This document shows positions 35,703 to 42,151 of a stretch of DNA of 42,151 bases, in pieces (the stretch's first letter is position 1; each line of letters begins with the position of its first letter). Source of the DNA: a virus (lineage: Duplodnaviria > Caudoviricetes); the IMG/VR virus record IMGVR_UViG_3300037851_000436, positions 1 through 42,151 of that record; one strand, written 5' to 3'. Under the pieces are notes generated by a model. It had not been told where the DNA came from, did not search any database, and saw only the letters and a program-made list of their open reading frames with translations. Position numbers and translations under genes: made by a program.

Positions 35703-37680
35703 AACTAATTGTTTTAGTTAGTGTCTTGCTCAATATTTCATCAACTATTGAAATAGTTGTTGGAAGACCATCAGTATAAGTAATAGTTTGCGTAAATAAT
35801 TTAGTAACCTTTGCGTAAGTATCCCAAACATCAATCGTTGTAGGTAATCCATCAGTATATGTTGGGTCTAGGTATGCCGAGCTATATGTATTCTTGAATT
35901 TTAAAATTGCTTCAACAATACCTAAATCACTACCGCCGCCACCACTAGAAACTTTCCATATAGCGTTACCAGTACTGGTATCTTTTGTCAATACATACTC
36001 ATTTGTTGCACCACTTACAGCAGTCAAATTATTCAACGAAGTTTGTCTGTTATTAACATCAGATAAATTTTGTGATTTAACCATTAAACCACTCAAATCT
36101 TGGTCACCAGTATTAACTCCACTAGTATTACCTATGACTGTCTGTTGTGCATCAGTCACAAATCTTTTGTCTAAAGAATCAGTTATATTTGCAGTAGTTG
36201 TTGTATCAGCATTTGCTACATTCCCAAGTCCAACATCAGATTTTGTAAGAGACAAATCAAGTTCTATAGTCTTGTTTGTTTCATTGTTAGTGACTATTAG
36301 TCCTGCGTCCTTTGACACAATATTTTTGAATTGCAAATCAACACCTGACTTCAAAGCGAATACTCCAATCCCTTCAGTACCAATATTACTTGCGGTGTTT
36401 GCTTCTCCTCCACCACCAGCACTTCCTCCTGCCGAAGTAGTTCCAAATTTGCCAATATTAATGAATTTTGCTTTATCTGTATCACTCAAATCTGTACATC
36501 CTTCTTGAACAACCAAATAACATCTAATTACGTCTCCTGCATTATATGGATTAATTTCAATCTCCGAAATTCCTAGTGCTTCTGCTTCTTGTAAAGTATC
36601 AAATACTTCTTGACCGTACTGAATACTCGTCCAATCACCAATCGGATAAAACGAAATCTGTTGAACTGTGAATTTACCTGTAGGAACAGGACTTAATCCG
36701 TCACCATCGTCATACTGGTTAGGGTCAATAGTTGTTTGGTCTGTTGGGTCGTTATACCAACCACTTAATTCTGCTGTGTCACGATACGAATAATAAAAAA
36801 CAAGTCCTTCATCCAAAGAATGAATTGTAATGTTTGGACTTTTTACATCATTAACATAATTAGCCCCCATCGCAAATACTTCTCCTGCACTTCTGTTTAT
36901 CATTAAATTTGAGTCGTTTGCATAGTATTCATTACCAAATCTATTAAGTTTCCCGAGTGTGTTTGCCGTATCAGATAACTGACAATATGTTTCTGCGGCA
37001 TATTCTGGCTCTGTTCCAACATCAGTAATCTCGGCATTATCTGGGTGGTCTAACCAACCAATAAAAATCTCTTCTCTTTTCTGATGTTTAGTTGGTTCCA
37101 TATCTCTAAATACAAAATTCCCATTAACATCTATTGAAACATATGTAGTCTGCCAAGAAGCAATATTTGGTATAGAAATACCTAATTGCTCAACCCAAGT
37201 AATTTTTGTTCTAACCGAAGGATTCACACTGTTATCAATTATACAACCACAACCTTCTGTAATATCAAATTTTGTTGGGTCGCTTCCATTAATTGACAAA
37301 TATCCTCCGAAAAATAATCCTGTACTGAGTGCTTTACTTAGTGCGTTATCTGTTTCTGTTATGTGAGTATCAATCTGTGCGTGAGTATTCACACCTATAT
37401 CACTTAAACCTGTGTGCGAAGTAATCACATCTACATCAAAAGTTATTTCATTACCTGTGCTTGTAATATTCACACGATTACCTTCAACCAAAGATTTGAA
37501 TTGTAATTTATTAGTATCTTTACCTGCATAGATAACTACTCCAGTTCCAAGATTCTCTCCTACATTCGCTTCTCCTTCACTTATTCCTCCTTCAATAGTA
37601 ACATTAATTGGCTGGGCATCTGCTATAGTTACATTGATCGGTTGTGCATCAGTAATTGTTACATGTATTTCATCAGCCAT
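35659..37680 (-). CDS. Fibre protein
   Basis: TI(T/A)DAQPINV repeat, two GEAN..N.G...K...LQFK repeats, LTKSDVGLGNV fibre motif. Confidence 0.7.
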   Translation of the reverse strand: MADEIHVTITDAQPINVTIADAQPINVTIEGGISEGEANVGENLGTGVVIYAGKDTNKLQFKSLVEGNRVNITSTGNEITFDVDVITSHTGLSDIGVNTHAQIDTHITETDNALSKALSTGLFFGGYLSINGSDPTKFDITEGCGCIIDNSVNPSVRTKITWVEQLGISIPNIASWQTTYVSIDVNGNFVFRDMEPTKHQKREEIFIGWLDHPDNAEITDVGTEPEYAAETYCQLSDTANTLGKLNRFGNEYYANDSNLMINRSAGEVFAMGANYVNDVKSPNITIHSLDEGLVFYYSYRDTAELSGWYNDPTDQTTIDPNQYDDGDGLSPVPTGKFTVQQISFYPIGDWTSIQYGQEVFDTLQEAEALGISEIEINPYNAGDVIRCYLVVQEGCTDLSDTDKAKFINIGKFGTTSAGGSAGGGGEANTASNIGTEGIGVFALKSGVDLQFKNIVSKDAGLIVTNNETNKTIELDLSLTKSDVGLGNVANADTTTTANITDSLDKRFVTDAQQTVIGNTSGVNTGDQDLSGLMVKSQNLSDVNNRQTSLNNLTAVSGATNEYVLTKDTSTGNAIWKVSSGGGGSDLGIVEAILKFKNTYSSAYLDPTYTDGLPTTIDVWDTYAKVTKLFTQTITYTDGLPTTISIVDEILSKTLTKTISYASGLPKPIQWSYS

Positions 37681-37693
37681 TTTGTTATCACTC

Positions 37694-38047
37694 CTAAGTA
37701 GTTCTTCTTGTTACGTCGTTTGTCACAATAAAGAATCCTTGTAAAACTGTTTTAATTGCACCAGCACTTGATTTGTATTGAACATCATAAACATATTTTG
37801 TTATGTCTAGTGTTCCGGTCTCTGCTGAACTAAGAACAAACTGGGTTATACCACCAACAGGATTTGTATGTGTAGTTATTGTTTTCTTTAGAACAGTATT
37901 TGTTACATCAGTATTGTCGGTATCAAATCTTGTTTTAACAGTAAAGAATACTGTTGAATCTGTGATATTTATTGCCACACCATCGTCATCTTTAAAGTTT
38001 ATATCATAAACATATGAATCTCCTCTTATTATTGTTATGTCAGTCAT
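37694..38047 (-). CDS. BppU-N-like fibre anchoring domain protein
   Basis: IIRGDS...F.D..G.AINIT..VFFTVK...LS.AET..L...YVYDVQ...QG.F. Confidence 0.7.
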   Translation of the reverse strand: MTDITIIRGDSYVYDINFKDDDGVAINITDSTVFFTVKTRFDTDNTDVTNTVLKKTITTHTNPVGGITQFVLSSAETGTLDITKYVYDVQYKSSAGAIKTVLQGFFIVTNDVTRRTT

Positions 38048-39324
38048 TTGTTACCCAACTCCTTTTGTGTTTTCTTTCCCTTTGTAACTTCAGCACCACT
38101 AGCAAAGTCCTGTGATGTTTTTTGTCTTGAAGGATGTATGTCGCTATTCTTATCAAGTTTAGATTCTACTTGCATTTCCAGTTTCTGTTCTTGAGTAAAC
38201 AAAATATCTTTTGGTAAATCTGGGATTCTTTCAACTAACCATTTATTCACAATCTCTGGCTTACCTCCCATATTAACAAGTTTCTGAGCCATATCCAAGT
38301 AATCATTCGCACTCTTATCATCTAATGGATTAAACTTTAATTTTGCATCTTTGAAACCAAGCATTGGGAATAATTCTTGTTCAACCTCATCCTTGATAAC
38401 TCCTCGTACATATTCAATCATTGTGTAAAAAGAATACCTAACTTGATACTCCGCATTACTTCTGTTACTAGTTCCAAGAATACCAACATTCAAAGGAGGT
38501 AACTGCAACAACGCAAGAATCTGTGCCCTACAATAATCCAAAATATTTAACAATTCAGTAAACCCAGTAATAGCCCGTAATGGCTCGTGTGTAGCGTGTT
38601 CACCTGCAAGTACTAAAAACTTCTTTGGGTCATTCATTGTATCAATCATCAACTGCATATATTTCTTTAAATTATCCTCATTGAAATCTTCTGGAACCTT
38701 AATCACTGTTCTAAACTGATTACTAGCAAACAACCAATTAATGAATCCCTCAATCAAATGTTTCAAATCAATCGTCTCTTTCAAAGTAAGCAAAGTATTG
38801 TGTCCCCACGCAGTACTGTCCATCTCGTTATAGTTACTGTAAAAAATTTCGTTAAGTTCAAATTTAATTACTTTTGGCTGTTCAGGATTTTGAGTGATAT
38901 CAGTTTGAGCATATCCTTCTGGTTCTCCGTGTTCATTAACAAGTATCTCAAATGTCGGAGTATCATACACACAAAGTTTTGTAACTTCATTATTAGCATT
39001 CTTAACAATTTCTGTGAATGATGCTTTGTACATCAAAAGTTGCCAGGCATACTTCCGCATAAATCTATCAAATCTCAATTTATTCAGTTTCTCTTTGTCT
39101 GCTCCAAGAACCTCATAACCATTCTTAAACAAGTATGCAACAGTAATCTCATAACACGCTCTAACTAGTGGGTCTTCTTGTATAGTTTTCAAAACATTAA
39201 CTCCTTTCTTGTCTTGTACGGTACCTGTAGGCTCTGTTCCACTAAGTCCTTCCTTCAAGTAACCCTTCATAGCTTTTAGAAGAACATCGTGTTTTTTTAG
39301 TCTGGACTCAATAACTTTTTCCAT
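38044..39324 (-). CDS. Portal protein
   Basis: DPLVRAC, GYAQ..FELNEI, WG, ILALLQLPPLNVG..SNRSNAE.Q..FY. Confidence 0.85.
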   Translation of the reverse strand: MEKVIESRLKKHDVLLKAMKGYLKEGLSGTEPTGTVQDKKGVNVLKTIQEDPLVRACYEITVAYLFKNGYEVLGADKEKLNKLRFDRFMRKYAWQLLMYKASFTEIVKNANNEVTKLCVYDTPTFEILVNEHGEPEGYAQTDITQNPEQPKVIKFELNEIFYSNYNEMDSTAWGHNTLLTLKETIDLKHLIEGFINWLFASNQFRTVIKVPEDFNEDNLKKYMQLMIDTMNDPKKFLVLAGEHATHEPLRAITGFTELLNILDYCRAQILALLQLPPLNVGILGTSNRSNAEYQVRYSFYTMIEYVRGVIKDEVEQELFPMLGFKDAKLKFNPLDDKSANDYLDMAQKLVNMGGKPEIVNKWLVERIPDLPKDILFTQEQKLEMQVESKLDKNSDIHPSRQKTSQDFASGAEVTKGKKTQKELGNK

Positions 39325-39350
39325 TTATGAAAGATATATAAAGTCTGGAG

Positions 39351-39358
39351 TTTATATA
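39351..39358. promoter_or_regulatory. TATA box between divergent portal and terminase genes
   Basis: TTTATATA 21 nt from ATG 39380 (+) and 26 nt from ATG 39324 (-). Confidence 0.6.
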
Positions 39359-39379
39359 CTTATCTATAAGTGATAGAAA

Positions 39380-40954
39380 ATGACTGAAAATATGACCCTG
39401 CAAAACGGGTATACTAAAATTGAGCCAAAGTATTACGCACTTGAAAAGGTGTTCAAAGACCAAAAACTGAAATATGAGTTCTTAACAAAGAAACTTAGGT
39501 TGGTAATTGACTTCAATATTGAGAGACATTATGATGAGTTGTATGTGTTATGCTATAATGACCCACTCTATTTCTCAGTGTTTATGCTAGACATCATTCC
39601 TAGACCACACCAAATGTATATGCTAGAACGAATGACCAAAACAAAAAGATTAGCAATGTGTCTAGGAAGAAGAATGGGTAAAACATTAGCAGTTAAGATA
39701 TTTGTGTTATGGGCTACATACTTCAATAAATTCCCAAGCGAACTTAGTGGAACAACATTTAACATTATTTGTCAAGATGGAGATACAGGTAAAGACTCGT
39801 ATATGGAAGAATTCTACATGATTATTGAAGAAGGTGATGACAAAATCAAGAATATCTGGAAAGGTAAACTTGGAGATAACTGGTTCACTAGCAAACTCCT
39901 AACAAAAAGAGAAAAGTCAGGTAAAGTAACGGCTTCTCAACTCTCTATCAAAATCCTTGATGAACCATCACAACAAGAAAAAATCTGTAAAATTAGAGTA
40001 TTGCCACCAACAAACAAAGCAAGAAGTAAAGAAGGTAACTTTATTGGAGATGAGGTCAGTTCTTGGAAATACAATAACTCGTGTCCAAATGATATTGATT
40101 TCTATGATACGGTTGTTCACCCAATTCTTAGTGATAATCCTAACTATGTCTCAATACTACTATCTACTCCAAATGGATATGGAGATGTCTGGGAACGGAA
40201 CTTTGATCCTGAAAAGAAGTTTAATTCTGAGTATGAACAAATTTGGCTCCCTTGCTGGGCTTACACTAAACCAGAATATCTGGCTATGATGGAAGAACTC
40301 AAAAGCAAATATGCGTCAAGAGGAGAAATGTGGAAATTCCAACAAGAATATGAAGCAAGGTTCGTTCAAATGAGAGACCAATACTTTGATGAAAATAACC
40401 ATATTCAACAATTCCTCTCAGAAAAATCTGTGTTCAGAGAACCTATCAATGGCTCTAATCTATTCCTGGGACTAGATTTTGGTGGTACTATGACAAGCCA
40501 CACCGCTATTGCTATTGCTGAGGAAACACAAAAAGAACAAGAAGCAAATCTCATCTACTACAAAGAATACCCAGTTAACCAAGATAACACGCTTCTTACA
40601 GACATTAACAACATACTTAGAAAATATCCTAACATCAGAAAACTTGTCTATGATAACAAAGGAGGTAGATTCATTGAACAAAAACTGAAAGAACTATATG
40701 GGGACTATAGAATTCAACCGTTTAACTTCTCAACTGATAAACTTAAAGGATACTCATTACTTAAATCAGCTATGCATAATAACAAAATCAAAGCACCTAA
40801 AGATAAACTCATTCAAGCACAACTTAGAAACTTCACCGATAAACTTAAACCACAATCAAAAGAAATATCAGATGATGTTCTCGATGCTATTATGATGGCG
40901 TTCTTCCCTATACTTGATAAAAATATCACTCAATTCAAAGTCGTAACGTATTAA
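39380..40954 (+). CDS. terL: Terminase large subunit
   Basis: PRPHQ, Walker A GRRMGKT, Walker B FIGDE, LLSTPNG, FQQEYEARF, GLDFG, DDVLDA. Confidence 0.93.
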   Translation: MTENMTLQNGYTKIEPKYYALEKVFKDQKLKYEFLTKKLRLVIDFNIERHYDELYVLCYNDPLYFSVFMLDIIPRPHQMYMLERMTKTKRLAMCLGRRMGKTLAVKIFVLWATYFNKFPSELSGTTFNIICQDGDTGKDSYMEEFYMIIEEGDDKIKNIWKGKLGDNWFTSKLLTKREKSGKVTASQLSIKILDEPSQQEKICKIRVLPPTNKARSKEGNFIGDEVSSWKYNNSCPNDIDFYDTVVHPILSDNPNYVSILLSTPNGYGDVWERNFDPEKKFNSEYEQIWLPCWAYTKPEYLAMMEELKSKYASRGEMWKFQQEYEARFVQMRDQYFDENNHIQQFLSEKSVFREPINGSNLFLGLDFGGTMTSHTAIAIAEETQKEQEANLIYYKEYPVNQDNTLLTDINNILRKYPNIRKLVYDNKGGRFIEQKLKELYGDYRIQPFNFSTDKLKGYSLLKSAMHNNKIKAPKDKLIQAQLRNFTDKLKPQSKEISDDVLDAIMMAFFPILDKNITQFKVVTY

Positions 40955-41087
40955 ACAGGATATCTATATGAGTTATATCTATCTCACAGAGGTAACTCCT
41001 CTATATCCTCAATCCGTAATTTTGAGCTATTTTGTAATAACTTATAAGTAACTACATGTTCCTACATATAAGTAGTGAAGAAGTGAG

Positions 41088-41224
41088 ATATATATATTAT
41101 ATATATATATATATATATATTATATATTATATATATTATATAAGATATATATTATATATATTATATATATGTTATATATGTGTTATATATATATATAATA
41201 TGGGATAGATATATATATATATAT
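41088..41224. repeat. (TA)n-rich low-complexity tract
   Basis: About 137 nt of interrupted TA dinucleotide repeats between convergent gene blocks. Confidence 0.9.
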
Positions 41225-41290
41225 GTTATGTAGGTTTTTGTACAGAATTCAGAACAGAGTGTATGTACTATGAGTGACAACAATAAAGAA

Positions 41291-41582
41291 TTAGTAAAAT
41301 AAATCAGAAAATTTGAGAGATTTGTAGATAAAAACTCTGTGGAACCCTACTATTGGTTCTATGTATGTAGAAGAGAAGAATATCTCATTCTGTCCTATAT
41401 ACAGCCACGTCCCCCCGTTCTCGTGTATACTTCGATTGATGGCTAGAATCAATCTCCTCCCGTCTATGTGCGGGTACTTCTCTTTTCGAATTGGCATATT
41501 TTTTTGTTGTTGCGTCATTTTTCACACTTTTTGAGTACGGGAGGAACCCTCCCCTCAGGAGTTTGTCCTCTATACTCATCAT
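41291..41582 (-). CDS. Hypothetical protein, possibly one gene split by a 1-nt frameshift
   Basis: ORF 41385..41582 has the ATGA-coupled start, ORF 41291..41518 looks protein-like; they join if one A is removed at GTGAAAAATGACG. Confidence 0.4.
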
Positions 41583-41782
41583 TTTTCCTCCGCCACAATA
41601 ATGTACTCGAAAAATCCGTTGTAGTGTCTGGCTTCTTCTACCACGTATCTTCTATTATTTTTTTCAAAAACAAATCTTCCGTCGAAATTTTGACCTCGTT
41701 CTTCGAACCCTTCGGATAGCAGCGCAGAGATTGCTGAGCAAAAACGTTTGTTTTGTTTGGGGCGCACGACGATTCGCGTCAT
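41579..41782 (-). CDS. Hypothetical protein
   Basis: 67 aa, GGAGG SD, ATGA overlaps at both ends. Confidence 0.7.
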   Translation of the reverse strand: MTRIVVRPKQNKRFCSAISALLSEGFEERGQNFDGRFVFEKNNRRYVVEEARHYNGFFEYIIVAEEK

Positions 41783-42010
41783 TGTGCCGCCTCCCAGAAG
41801 AAGTATAGAGTATCCCCCTGCATCTTGTATTGTATTTTTTCTTCGGTTTTTTTCCCCACATTGTACCTCGTAAAATACCCTCTCAATGCCCGAGACATCG
41901 CACTCTCGCAGAAGTCGCCCTTCATATTCTCAACCATCCCAGCAATATATCTCTCCGCGAGTACTCGGTTGTTCTCGTCTGCTGTCGCCATTTTCTCGCT
42001 GATATCTTGA
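41779..42010 (-). CDS. 3' part of the junction-spanning 161-aa protein
   Basis: In frame with 254..1 after circularisation. Confidence 0.75.
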
Positions 42011-42151
42011 ATAGTGTGAACTTCTCCCGCACACATTATCTTCTTCAAGAAATCTCCAAAACTGAACCTGACCCGTGACGATGTCATTGCATCGAACTCT
42101 GCTCTTGACATTTTTGTGCGTCTGTTTCTTTCATTTTGACACATTTTTTGA
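42011..42151. repeat. Terminal overlap, right copy
   Basis: Matches 1-153 apart from 12 missing nt near the end. Confidence 0.95.

Noticed and set aside
15224-40895. Many antisense or nested ORFs in the track (e.g. 15224-, 28218+, 34011+, 35894+, 39957+)
   Set aside because: Shadow frames of well-supported genes
42011-42151. Biological direct terminal repeat
   Set aside because: Falls mid-gene and is about one assembly k-mer long; more likely assembly circularity
1-42151. Stop-codon reassignment, DGR or integrase-based lysogeny
   Set aside because: Long genes are intact in the standard code; no reverse transcriptase or recombinase motifs recognised

Overview
The window is very probably a complete, circularly permuted genome (about 42,010 bp unique; 1-122 is repeated at 42011-42132) of an AT-rich tailed virus (Caudoviricetes, siphovirus-like) that most likely infects an archaeon. 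Host evidence: TTTATAAA/TTTATATA TATA boxes 21-26 nt before start codons (leaderless-type), GGTGA/GGAGG SD motifs, tRNA-Gln with A1-U72 and no encoded CCA, an Hjc-type resolvase, an AEP primase, a K-turn RNA and no recognisable endolysin. Layout: minus-strand accessory/early block (MoxR-like AAA ATPase, HExxH/vWA partner, many micro-ORFs), then Cas4-like nuclease, AAA+ helicase and putative SSB; a GC-rich structured non-coding region; a plus-strand HD/primase/resolvase block; two tRNAs; a minus-strand morphogenesis block (portal, fibres, protease, capsid, neck, tail, tape measure, baseplate); and a divergent terminase. Main unexplained signals: (1) a foreign RloA-type ATPase plus truncated RloB cassette flanked by a perfect 98-bp duplication of the cas4 3' end, with a second gene flanked by a 29-bp duplication of the same architecture, suggesting a recurring gene-capture mechanism; (2) four otherwise dissimilar proteins sharing a C-terminal hIE(D/E/H)xxIx(D/E/G)hh tail, three of them beside the AAA/vWA pair; (3) three TATA-preceded structured non-coding RNA candidates, one with a canonical K-turn. 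All functional calls are from motif reading by eye; no searches were run.
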